Shown: positions 1 through 8,536 of the stretch, piece after piece
How the letters are laid out: every line of letters begins with the position of its first letter
Position numbering within the stretch: the first letter of the stretch is position 1
Source: Mycobacteriales bacterium
Lineage (GTDB): Bacteria; Actinomycetota; Actinomycetes; JAFAQI01
Direction of reading: 5' to 3'
Assembly (NCBI GenBank): GCA_036267755.1
Contig: DATAVK010000077.1
Location: forward strand, 7,855-71,854
DNA: 64,000 nucleotides
The notes under the pieces: generated by a model
Told to the model about the DNA's origin: nothing
The model's input: the letters and a program-made list of their open reading frames with translations, nothing else
Database searches by the model: none
Translations under genes and position numbers: made by a program

Positions 1-1
1 C

Positions 2-784
2 GGTGAGTGCTTCATCCCGATGTGGAACCGGATCCACAACAACAAGCAGGTCGCGCTGATGTACCCGAACGACGCGGATGGCAATGCCTTCCGCGATCCG
101 AAGACCGGGTTCCCGCCGATCATGCACAAGGCCGGCTACAAGACCGTGGACGGCGGCGCGTATCCCGACGGGACGACCGACTTCACCTCCATGATCTCGA
201 AGTTCAAGGCACACGACTGCGAGATCTTCCAGAACGCTCCGATCCCGCCGGACTTCAACGCGATGTGGAAGCAGTCGGCACAGCAGGGGTTCAAGCCAAA
301 GCTCGCGACCGTCGCCAAGGTGCTGCTGTTCCCGTCCGACGTCACGGCGCTCGGCAACCTCGCGCTCAACGTGGCCACCGACGCCTGGTGGACGCCGTTC
401 CACAAGCAGAACTCCTCGCTGGTGAGCAACCTGTCGGCCAAGCAGCTGGCGGACAACTTCCAGTCCTCGACCGGCAAGGAGTGGCTCCAGTCGCTCGGTA
501 CGACGTACTCGTTGTACGAGGTAGCGCACAACGCCTTCAGCAAGGTGAGCGACCCGCACGACCGCAAGGAGGTCGCGGCGCAGTTGCGGTCGATGAACTA
601 CACCGGGATGTCCGGCACGCTGGACTTCACCTCCGGCCCGGTCCCCGGCGTGGCGATCATCAAGCCGGTCGGGGTGCAGTGGAAGAAGGGCACCGGGCAG
701 TTCCCCTTCGAGCTGCAGGTCGTCGACAACTCTGCGAACAAGGCGGTCCCGGTCACCGCCGATCTCGAGCCCACCAACGCCTGA
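2..784 (+). CDS. HAAT-family (Liv-type) ABC transporter substrate-binding protein, 5'-truncated at window edge
   Basis: ORF enters from the window edge with no in-frame stop (GECFIPMWNRIHNNKQVALMYPNDADGNAF...). Translation resembles the C-terminal half of LivJ/LivK-type periplasmic binding proteins. Followed directly by livG/F/H/M-like genes. Confidence 0.75.
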   Translation, partial: GECFIPMWNRIHNNKQVALMYPNDADGNAFRDPKTGFPPIMHKAGYKTVDGGAYPDGTTDFTSMISKFKAHDCEIFQNAPIPPDFNAMWKQSAQQGFKPKLATVAKVLLFPSDVTALGNLALNVATDAWWTPFHKQNSSLVSNLSAKQLADNFQSSTGKEWLQSLGTTYSLYEVAHNAFSKVSDPHDRKEVAAQLRSMNYTGMSGTLDFTSGPVPGVAIIKPVGVQWKKGTGQFPFELQVVDNSANKAVPVTADLEPTNA

Positions 785-1590
785 TGGCGCAGCCGCTGCT
801 CCAGCTGGACAGCATCAGCAAGAGCTTCGGCCAGGTCATCGTCGCCGCCGACCTCTCGGTGCAGGTCGAGCCCGGATCGACGCTGGGCATCGTCGGGCCC
901 AACGGCGCCGGCAAGTCCAGCCTGTTCGCGATGGTGGCCGGCGACCTGCGGCCCGACTCAGGTGACGTCATCCTCAACGGCCAGCGGGTCACGGCGATGG
1001 GTTCCGCGGCGCGGTGCCGGCTCGGAATCGGTCGTACCTATCAGATCCCGCGCCCGTTCGAAGGCATGACCGTCTTCGAGAACGTCCTCGTGGCGAGCCA
1101 GCAGGGCGGCGGGATGCACGGCAAGCCAGCGCACGAGGCGACGCTCGCTGCGCTCCGTGAGACCGGGCTGCGCGGCCAGGCCAATCAGCCCGCCGGCCGG
1201 TTGGGACTGCTGGCTCGCAAGCGGCTGGAAGTCGCCCGCGCCATCGCCACCCGGCCGTCGCTGCTGCTGCTGGATGAGGTCGCGGGTGGGCTCACCGACC
1301 CCGAGGTCGCCGAGCTGGTCCAGATCGTTCGTGACGTGAACAGCCGTGGCGTCGCCGTGATCTGGATCGAGCACGTAGTCCGCGCCCTGCTCTCTACCGT
1401 CGACCGGATGCTCTGCCTCGCCGGGGGCTCGGTCATCGGTGACGGGAACCCGCGTGAGGTCCTCGCCCAACAACGGGTCAAGGAGATCTTCCTCGGCACC
1501 GAGGTGACGGCCGTCTCGGCGGCCCTCGCGGCCGACGGAGACGACACCGTGCACGCGGAGGACGGCTCCGCACCGGATACTGACGCATGA
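784..1590 (+). CDS. livG: branched-chain/neutral amino acid ABC transporter ATP-binding protein (LivG-like)
   Basis: Walker A GPNGAGKSS, ABC signature and LivG-like C-terminal extension. ATG at 784 overlaps the upstream stop (TGATG). The 7..1590 ORF in the track is a frame artefact of the upstream gene plus this one. Confidence 0.85.
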   Translation: MAQPLLQLDSISKSFGQVIVAADLSVQVEPGSTLGIVGPNGAGKSSLFAMVAGDLRPDSGDVILNGQRVTAMGSAARCRLGIGRTYQIPRPFEGMTVFENVLVASQQGGGMHGKPAHEATLAALRETGLRGQANQPAGRLGLLARKRLEVARAIATRPSLLLLDEVAGGLTDPEVAELVQIVRDVNSRGVAVIWIEHVVRALLSTVDRMLCLAGGSVIGDGNPREVLAQQRVKEIFLGTEVTAVSAALAADGDDTVHAEDGSAPDTDA

Positions 1591-2315
1591 CCTTGTTGGA
1601 GGTCTCGGACCTCGTGGTCCGACACGGTCAGCTCACGGCCGTCGAGGGGGTCCGGCTGTCGGTGGACGCCGGCGCGGCGGTTGCTGTCGTCGGTGCGAAC
1701 GGCGCCGGCAAATCGACCCTGCTGCGCACCATCTCGGGTCTGCACCACCCGGCGGCCGGACGGATCCGGTACGACGGCCAGGACGTGACCTCGGTGTCCA
1801 CCCACGAACGGGTACGTCGAGGCCTGGTCATGGTTCCCGAGGGCCGGCGGCTGTTCCCGTCGATGACCGTCGAGGAGAACCTGCTCGTGGGCGCCGCGGT
1901 CGGCCGCTCCGGCGACTGGTCGCTGGACCGGGTGTACGAGCTGTTCCCGTGGATGACCGAGCGTCGCGGTCAGGCGACCGGATTGCTATCGGGTGGCGAG
2001 CAGCAGGGCGTCGCGATCGGTCGGGCACTCATGACCAACCCGCGGGTGCTGCTGCTCGACGAGATCTCGCTCGGGCTGGCACCGGTGGCGGTGCAGCGGA
2101 TCTACAGCCAGCTGCCCGATCTGCTGGCCGCGGGGATGACGGCGCTCATCGTCGAGCAGGACGTGCGGCAGGCGCTGCGGTACGCCTCCCATGTGGTGTG
2201 CCTGCTGGAGGGTCGGATGACGCTGGAAGGCCCGCCCGCCGCGTTCACGCCGGAGCAGATCGAGGCGGCGTACTTCGGATTCATGGGGGCTGACGAGGCG
2301 GGTGCGACGGCGTGA
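1587..2315 (+). CDS. livF: branched-chain/neutral amino acid ABC transporter ATP-binding protein (LivF-like)
   Basis: Walker A GANGAGKST, LSGGEQQ signature. Start overlaps livG stop (ATGA). Confidence 0.85.
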   Translation: MTLLEVSDLVVRHGQLTAVEGVRLSVDAGAAVAVVGANGAGKSTLLRTISGLHHPAAGRIRYDGQDVTSVSTHERVRRGLVMVPEGRRLFPSMTVEENLLVGAAVGRSGDWSLDRVYELFPWMTERRGQATGLLSGGEQQGVAIGRALMTNPRVLLLDEISLGLAPVAVQRIYSQLPDLLAAGMTALIVEQDVRQALRYASHVVCLLEGRMTLEGPPAAFTPEQIEAAYFGFMGADEAGATA

Positions 2316-3181
2316 GCTGGGTCAATGCGGTGGCGCAAGGAATCCTGCTCGGTGGGCTGTTCGCGATGTTTGCCTGCGGGCTCTCGCTGTTGTTCGGCGT
2401 GATCGGTGTCATCAACCTTGCGCACGGTGACTTCGCCGTACTGGGCGCTTACCTCGTCATCGCCATCATTCCCAGCGTCGCCTTCAACGCGATGTGGGCG
2501 GTGCTGTTCGTCATCCCGATCTTTGCGGTGCTGGGATACGCCTTGCAGCGAACCGTGCTGCAACGAAGTATCGAGATCGACCCGCTCACCAGCCTGCTAG
2601 TGACCTTCGGGCTGTCCGTCGTCATCGAGAACGGCCTGCTCGAGAAGTACTCCAACGACAGCCAGTCGCTCGACGTCGGAGGACTGGTCCGCTCCGCGCT
2701 ACACGTGAACAGCCAGATCTCGTTGTCCTGGCTCAACATCGGCATCCTCGTCCTGGCCGTGATCGTGCTCTCCGCCGTGCAGCTGTTCCTCGGCCGGACC
2801 TCGATGGGGCGTCAGATCCGGGCGGTGGCCGACGACCGTGAGGCCGCGGAGATCGCGGGGGTGCGCACCAAGCACGTCGCCGGCATCGCGGCGGCCGTCG
2901 CGTTCGCGACCGTCGCCCTCGCCGGGCTGTGCTTCGGGTCGGTGCAGCAGTTCAGCCCGTACAGCGGCAGCTCGTTGCTGCTGTTCAGCTTCGAGGCCGT
3001 CATCATCGGCGGTCTCGGATCGCTGTGGGGAACCCTCGCCGGCGGGATCCTGCTCGGCGTCGCCCAGACGGTCGGCGCGCAGATCGACCCGAGCTCGGGC
3101 CAACTCGCTGGTCACCTGGTGTTCCTGGCGATCCTGGTGCTGCGGCCCAGCGGGCTGTTCCCGGCCCGGGCGACGGCATGA
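2312..3181 (+). CDS. livH: HAAT-family ABC transporter permease (LivH-like)
   Basis: Hydrophobic 289-aa protein (GVINLAHGDFAVLGAY...), typical LivH. Start overlaps livF stop. Confidence 0.85.
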   Translation: MSWVNAVAQGILLGGLFAMFACGLSLLFGVIGVINLAHGDFAVLGAYLVIAIIPSVAFNAMWAVLFVIPIFAVLGYALQRTVLQRSIEIDPLTSLLVTFGLSVVIENGLLEKYSNDSQSLDVGGLVRSALHVNSQISLSWLNIGILVLAVIVLSAVQLFLGRTSMGRQIRAVADDREAAEIAGVRTKHVAGIAAAVAFATVALAGLCFGSVQQFSPYSGSSLLLFSFEAVIIGGLGSLWGTLAGGILLGVAQTVGAQIDPSSGQLAGHLVFLAILVLRPSGLFPARATA

Positions 3182-4206
3182 CCGCAGCGGTGGATTCGAC
3201 GGCGTCACCGGCGACCCTCGACTCGGCGAGGATTCGCCGGGCCCAGCGCGGCGGCATCTGGATCCTGCCGATCTCGGTGCTCGTCGTCCTCGCGCTGGCC
3301 TACGCGCCGTATGCCGTGACAGAGGGCCACACGAACACGCTGGTGAACTTCTTCATCCTCCTGGTCGTGGGGGTCATGTGGAACGTGCTCGCCGGCTTCG
3401 CCGGGCTGGTCTCGGTCGGCCAGCAGGCCTACATCGGGCTCGGCGCGTACTCGGTGCTGGTGCTGGCACAGCACGGGCTGAATCCGTTCCTCGCGCTGCC
3501 GCTCGGCATCCTCATCTGCGCGGTCGCCGCGATCCCGGTGTCGTTCGTGGTCTTCCGGCTCCGCGGCGGATACTTCGCGATCGGGACCTGGGTGGTCGCC
3601 GAGGTGTTCTACCTGGTGACCATCAAGTTCGCCTCGCTGGGCGGTGGCACCGGCGCATCGCTACCGGGGCTGAACTACAGCGCGACGGTGCTCGCCGCCC
3701 TCACTTACTGGGCCGCGCTGGCCGTGGCCGTTCTCGCGCTGCTTTCGGCGTACCTGCTGCTGCGGAGCCGGATCGGGCTGGCGCTGACCGCGGTCCGTGA
3801 CAGTGAGGTCGCCGCCGCGAGCGTCGGCGTTCGGGTGTCGCGAGCCAAGCGCATCGTGTACGCGCTGGCGTCCGCTGGCGCGGGCGGCGCAGGAGGCCTG
3901 CTCATCATCAGCCAGCTCAACGTGCAGCCGAGTGACACCGTCGGCGTGTACGGCGTGAAGTGGTCGGCGTACATGCTGTTCGTGGTGCTGATCGGCGGGA
4001 TCGGGTCGCTGGAGGGGCCGATCCTCGGCACCATCGTCTTCTTCGTGCTGCAGCAGACCCTCGCCAACTACGGCGCCTGGTACCTCATCATCATCGGCGT
4101 GGTCGCCATCGCGATGGCGATGTTCCTGCGACGGGGGCTGTGGGGTCTGGTCGAGCGCAGCGGGCTACGGCTGTTCCCGGTCGGCTACTGGGTCCGAGAA
4201 CCCTAG
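3178..4206 (+). CDS. livM: HAAT-family ABC transporter permease (LivM-like)
   Basis: ATG at 3178 overlaps livH stop (ATGA). Hydrophobic LivM-like sequence (GQQAYIGLGAYSVLVL...). Confidence 0.8.
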   Translation: MTAAVDSTASPATLDSARIRRAQRGGIWILPISVLVVLALAYAPYAVTEGHTNTLVNFFILLVVGVMWNVLAGFAGLVSVGQQAYIGLGAYSVLVLAQHGLNPFLALPLGILICAVAAIPVSFVVFRLRGGYFAIGTWVVAEVFYLVTIKFASLGGGTGASLPGLNYSATVLAALTYWAALAVAVLALLSAYLLLRSRIGLALTAVRDSEVAAASVGVRVSRAKRIVYALASAGAGGAGGLLIISQLNVQPSDTVGVYGVKWSAYMLFVVLIGGIGSLEGPILGTIVFFVLQQTLANYGAWYLIIIGVVAIAMAMFLRRGLWGLVERSGLRLFPVGYWVREP

Positions 4207-4207
4207 G

Positions 4208-4253
4208 TTTGTGAACCGCTACTGCCCGCCGGCGGTAAGCGGCAGTTCACAAA
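4208..4253. terminator. imperfect hairpin between convergent livM and rhodanese genes (TTTGTGAACCGC...GCGGCAGTTCACAAA)
   Basis: Inverted repeat seen directly in the sequence, located between convergent gene ends. Likely a bidirectional terminator. Confidence 0.4.
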
Positions 4254-4630
4254 GCGATGGTCGGGAGGCCTTGAGCACGCCAGGCGCGGTAGCCGCCGTC
4301 GAGATCGGTCGCGCGATAGATCCCCAACTGCTGCAGCGACACGGCGGCCAGGCTGGACGCGTACCCCTCGTTGCACACGATGACGATCCAGGCGTCGTAC
4401 GACGCCATCGGAAGCCGCGCGTCGGAGGCCGGATCGAGCCGCCACTCCAACACGTTGCGGTCAATCACGAGGGCGCCGGGGATCTCGCCCTCGGTCACCC
4501 GGTTGGTCTCGGGCCGGATGTCGACGAGGATCGCGCCCGCTGCGACTGCGTCGAAGGCCTCGCGAGGCCGCAGCCGCCTGATCAGCTGGCGGGCGTCGCT
4601 AAGGACGTCCTCGATGGAGGGGGCAGTCAT
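4247..4630 (-). CDS. rhodanese-domain sulfurtransferase
   Basis: 127 aa with a rhodanese-like active-site region (IVIVCNEGYASS). Start overlaps the downstream cysteine dioxygenase gene stop. Confidence 0.8.
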   Translation of the reverse strand: MTAPSIEDVLSDARQLIRRLRPREAFDAVAAGAILVDIRPETNRVTEGEIPGALVIDRNVLEWRLDPASDARLPMASYDAWIVIVCNEGYASSLAAVSLQQLGIYRATDLDGGYRAWRAQGLPTIAL

Positions 4631-5148
4631 GCCGTCGGCTCCGGTTCGTTCGTCAGTGCGGTGTGACGCACTCGCAGCCCCGTGGGCGCGGTGTCGTAGA
4701 ACGTCATGGCTTGCAGTGGGGGCGAATAGGCGTGGATGCTCACCGCCGGGAGCGCGGAGGGGTTGCTGACGTCGTGGATGACGTCGGGGGCGACCTCGCG
4801 GGTGCCACCGGAGTGCAGAGTCGAGAAGGTCCTCGCGTCACGCTGCCGGGAGGCGCGGACCTCGCTGAGCGTTCCCTCCACGACCGTGAAGGCCGCAGCG
4901 GACCCGCCGTGATCGTGGAAGTCCGTGCCGGTGCCGGTCAGCCAGGTCAGCAGCCAGACCTCGACATCGTCGTCGGAGCGGAGCCGGGTCCACCACCGCT
5001 CGTTCGTCCCGAACTGGACCAGCGGCATCCACGAGGCGGTGTCGGCGGCGACCTCACGGACGATGGCGGCGAGCTCCGTCGTGGGGAGCGGCGGCCGCCT
5101 GACCCGGAGGGTTGCAGAAGACGTCATGACTAAAGCGTACCGAATCAC
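4627..5148 (-). CDS. cysteine dioxygenase type I-like cupin
   Basis: Cupin metal-site residues (FHDHGGSAAAF). Rhodanese-CDO pairing is common in actinobacteria. Exact start uncertain. Confidence 0.7.
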   Translation of the reverse strand: MIRYALVMTSSATLRVRRPPLPTTELAAIVREVAADTASWMPLVQFGTNERWWTRLRSDDDVEVWLLTWLTGTGTDFHDHGGSAAAFTVVEGTLSEVRASRQRDARTFSTLHSGGTREVAPDVIHDVSNPSALPAVSIHAYSPPLQAMTFYDTAPTGLRVRHTALTNEPEPTA

Positions 5149-5210
5149 TTAAGATGGTCAAGTATAAACGGCCAAAGTCACTGCACCGAGTTTCGGGGCA
5201 GGATGGAGGC

Positions 5211-5783
5211 ATGACGGTGGAGCCGGCGCGCGGGAGGTTGCTGGTCGCGTCTCCCACCCTGCGCGAGCCGACCTTTCACCGGACCGTCATCGCGATCCTC
5301 GAGCACACTGACGAAGGCGCATTGGGGGTCGTCGTCAACCGGCCGGGTGACGTGTCGCTCAGCGACGTCGTGCCATCGGTCGCGGACCTCGCCAGCGAGC
5401 CGGCGGTGCTGTTCGCGGGTGGCCCGGTCGAGCCGCAGGCTGCCATCGCCCTGGGCATGGTCCCGGCGGGCAGTGCCGCAACGGTCGGGCCAGCCGAGGG
5501 CTGGCGCCCGGTGGTCCCGCCGCTGGTGACCGTCGACCTGGACCACGACCCGCTCGTCCTGGCCGCCGCGATGCGCGAGCTGCGCGTCTTCGCCGGGTAC
5601 GCCGGATGGAGCGCGGGCCAGCTGGAGTCGGAGATCGCGGCGGGAGCCTGGTACGTCGTGGATTCGTTGCCGCTCGACCCGTTCTTCCCGGCACCCGAGC
5701 GGCTATGGTCCGCTGTCTTGCGCCGGCAGCCGTGGCCGCTGTCGGCGGTCGCCCACTTTCCGCTCGACCCGACGCAGAACTGA
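5211..5783 (+). CDS. YqgE/AlgH family protein (UPF0301)
   Basis: Typical YqgE/AlgH sequence (GRLLVASPTLREPTFHRTVIAILEH...GALGVVVNRP). Start chosen at an internal ATG of ORF 5154..5783. Confidence 0.75.
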   Translation: MTVEPARGRLLVASPTLREPTFHRTVIAILEHTDEGALGVVVNRPGDVSLSDVVPSVADLASEPAVLFAGGPVEPQAAIALGMVPAGSAATVGPAEGWRPVVPPLVTVDLDHDPLVLAAAMRELRVFAGYAGWSAGQLESEIAAGAWYVVDSLPLDPFFPAPERLWSAVLRRQPWPLSAVAHFPLDPTQN

Positions 5784-5792
5784 GGTCATCGC

Positions 5793-6716
5793 ATGAGCCA
5801 GCGCACGGCACCCAGCGGTCAGCAGTGGCCGATCCGGCACGGTGACCACCAGGCGGTCGTGGTCGAGGTAGGCGGTGGCCTGCGCAGCTACCAGGTCGGG
5901 GACCGGCAGGTGCTTGACGGGTACGACGTCACGGCGATGGCGGACGGCGCCCGCTGCCAGACGCTGGTGCCGTGGCCGAACCGGGTGCAGGACGGGGTCT
6001 GGCACCACGATGGCACCGCGATGCAGCTGACCTTGACCGAGCCGGAGCAGCGCAACGCCATCCATGGTCTGGTGCGATGGGCCGCGTGGACGGCGGTCGA
6101 GCGCTCCGACGCCGCGGTGACCGTGAGCTGCAGGTCGTACCCCCAGCCGGGTTACCCGTTCGCGATCGAGGTGAGCAACGCCTGGTCGCTGTCCGACACC
6201 GGCCTCGAGGTCGTCACCACGATCGTCAACCGCGGCGGTGCGCCGGCGCCGGTGGCGTGCGGGTTCCACCCTTACATCACTGCTGGTACTCCGACGGTTG
6301 ACACGGCGACGCTGCACCTGCCGGCCGCCAGCTATCTCCCCACCGGCGCCCAGCAGATCCCCACCGGTCGGGAGAGCGTGGCCGGCACGCCTTACGACTT
6401 CCGCGAGCCGCACCCGATCGGCGACCTCCAGATCGACCACACCCTCACCGACCTCGCCCGCGACGCGGACGGCCGGTTCCGGCTCCGGCTGACCGGCGAG
6501 CGCGAGGTGACGGTCTGGATGGACGAGGCCTATCCCTACGTGGAGGTCTTCAGCGGTGACGCGCTGCCAGATCCCGCACGGCGACGGCAGGGACTCGGCA
6601 TCGAGCCGATGAGCGCCCCGCCGAACGCGCTCGTGACCGGTGAGTCGGTGGTCTGGCTGGCGCCTGACCAGTCGTGGCGTGGCACCTGGGGTATCGAACC
6701 GATCGCTGCGGGGTAA
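5793..6716 (+). CDS. aldose 1-epimerase family protein
   Basis: 307 aa with galactose mutarotase-like motifs (NAIHG, GFHPY). Confidence 0.75.
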   Translation: MSQRTAPSGQQWPIRHGDHQAVVVEVGGGLRSYQVGDRQVLDGYDVTAMADGARCQTLVPWPNRVQDGVWHHDGTAMQLTLTEPEQRNAIHGLVRWAAWTAVERSDAAVTVSCRSYPQPGYPFAIEVSNAWSLSDTGLEVVTTIVNRGGAPAPVACGFHPYITAGTPTVDTATLHLPAASYLPTGAQQIPTGRESVAGTPYDFREPHPIGDLQIDHTLTDLARDADGRFRLRLTGEREVTVWMDEAYPYVEVFSGDALPDPARRRQGLGIEPMSAPPNALVTGESVVWLAPDQSWRGTWGIEPIAAG

Positions 6717-6758
6717 GAGACCGCTACATCCGCCTACGTCCCGCCCGGCTCGGGCTGG

Positions 6759-8438
6759 GTGGCGACGGCCCTACGATCGGGAGAGGACACCGTGGTGCTG
6801 CGCCGCGTCGCCGGACTGCTCAGCGAGACCGTGCACGGTGGCGTCGCGGCCGTTCGGGTCGGAGCCCGCAGCGGGCTGATCCGACCGGTGCGCCCGGACC
6901 GACTGATCGGCATGGCGGACGGTTACCGCCGGTGGGGGATGAGCCCGGCGGCGGCCTACGCGATCGGCGCCGCGCGTGATCCGGGTCGGCTCGCCGTGAT
7001 CGACGAGCGAGAGTCGGTCAGCTATGCCGAGATCCACCGCCGGAGCAGCATCGTCGCGGCCGAGCTCGCCGAACTCGGCGTCGGCTCGGGTGACGCCGTT
7101 GCACTGCTGGCCCGGAACTCCGCGGCGTTCGTCGTGGCGCAGGTCGCAATCTGCAAGCTCGGAGCCGACGTGCTCTACGTCAACACGGGCTTCGCGGGTC
7201 CCCAGCTCGGCGACGTGCTGGGCGACGAGAAGGCCGCCGCGCTGATCGCCGACGACGAGTTCGGCTCCATGATCGACGAGCTCGACGTCTCGATCCCGCG
7301 GCTGACCGCGTGGGTCGACGACGAGAGCGAACCGTCGGACAGCATCGCCGGCCTGGTCGCGGCTGCGCCGGGTGCGGCACCATCGCTGCCGTCGCCCGGC
7401 AGAGACAGCCGGCACGTCATCCTCACCAGCGGTACGACGGGGAAACCGAAGGGTGCGTCGCGCGCGGCTCCGGGTGCGCTCGCCGGGATGGTCGAGGGCA
7501 TCGCCGTACTGGATGCGATCCCGTACCGAGGTCGCGGCGTGACCGTGCTCGCTGCGCCGGCCTTCCACGCCTGGGGGCTTGCGAACCTCACGATTGCGAT
7601 GCTGCTGCAGTCCACTCTCGTGATGCGCCGACGCTTCGATCCCGAAGCGACGCTCGAGCTGATCGAGACCTACCACGCGGACACGCTGGCGGCGGTTCCC
7701 GTGATGTGCCAACGGATCCTCGAGGTGAAGGCCGAGCCCGACACGTCATCGCTGGCGATCGTGTCGCTGTCCGGATCGGCGCTTGCCCCAACGCTCGCCG
7801 AGGCCTTCATGGACCGCTTCGGTGACGTCTTGTACAGCCTGTACGGCTCCACCGAGGTCGCTTACGTCAGCGTCGCGCAGCCACGGGACCTGCGAGAGGC
7901 ACCCGGCACGGCGGGTCGCGTCGTACGCGGCGTCACGGTTCGCATCGTGGATGAGGACGACAACGACGTCGCGCCCGGGGAGACCGGTCGGATCTTCGCT
8001 GGCAGCGCGATGTCGTTCGAGGGCTACACCAGCGGCGAGGACAAGAGCCGGCTCGGCAAGTTGGCGTCCATCGGCGATGTCGGCCGGATCGGTGACGACG
8101 GCCGGCTCTACGTCGAGGGCCGCGACGACGACATGATCGTCTCCGGCGGCGAGAACGTGTTCCCGGCCGAGGTCGAGGAGACGCTGCACCAACACTCCGA
8201 CGTCGCCGATGTGGCCGTGGTGGGAGTCGACGACGAGAAGTTCGGCCAGGCTCTGGTGGCTCATGTGGTGTTGCGTGACGGCGGCTCGGCGAGCGACGAC
8301 GACCTGCGGGCTCACGTGAAGAAGCATCTGGCCGGTTACAAGGTGCCGCGCGAGGTTGTCTTCCACGACGAGCTGCCGCGCAACGAGACCGGCAAGGTGG
8401 TCAAGTCGGAGCTCGCCTCAGAGCCCGATTCCGAGTAG
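6759..8438 (+). CDS. AMP-dependent synthetase/ligase (acyl-CoA synthetase, FadD-like)
   Basis: AMP-binding signature ILTSGTTGKPKGA, C-terminal GKVVK. Start could be a few codons downstream. Confidence 0.85.
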   Translation: MATALRSGEDTVVLRRVAGLLSETVHGGVAAVRVGARSGLIRPVRPDRLIGMADGYRRWGMSPAAAYAIGAARDPGRLAVIDERESVSYAEIHRRSSIVAAELAELGVGSGDAVALLARNSAAFVVAQVAICKLGADVLYVNTGFAGPQLGDVLGDEKAAALIADDEFGSMIDELDVSIPRLTAWVDDESEPSDSIAGLVAAAPGAAPSLPSPGRDSRHVILTSGTTGKPKGASRAAPGALAGMVEGIAVLDAIPYRGRGVTVLAAPAFHAWGLANLTIAMLLQSTLVMRRRFDPEATLELIETYHADTLAAVPVMCQRILEVKAEPDTSSLAIVSLSGSALAPTLAEAFMDRFGDVLYSLYGSTEVAYVSVAQPRDLREAPGTAGRVVRGVTVRIVDEDDNDVAPGETGRIFAGSAMSFEGYTSGEDKSRLGKLASIGDVGRIGDDGRLYVEGRDDDMIVSGGENVFPAEVEETLHQHSDVADVAVVGVDDEKFGQALVAHVVLRDGGSASDDDLRAHVKKHLAGYKVPREVVFHDELPRNETGKVVKSELASEPDSE

Positions 8439-8536
8439 GGCCGACCACGACTCACAGCGAGTCGCAGTGTCGCGTTCATGTCGGGGTCGCGGCGTGGTCC
8501 GGGTGCGTTCACCTGCGACTCCTACGTTGCAGCCGC

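Noticed and set aside
7-1590. 527-aa plus-strand ORF spanning the SBP 3' end and livG
   Set aside because: The first roughly 780 nt are the +1 frame of the SBP gene (Arg-rich nonsense). The real livG-like gene starts at ATG 784.
4207-4253. Relatedness of the livM/rhodanese hairpin (TTTGTGAAC...) to the cysM-downstream repeat (TTTGTGCAG...)
   Set aside because: Shared TTTGTG...CACAAA stem ends could hint at a dispersed REP-like family. However, the loops and remaining stem differ, and two instances are insufficient. Noted but not claimed.
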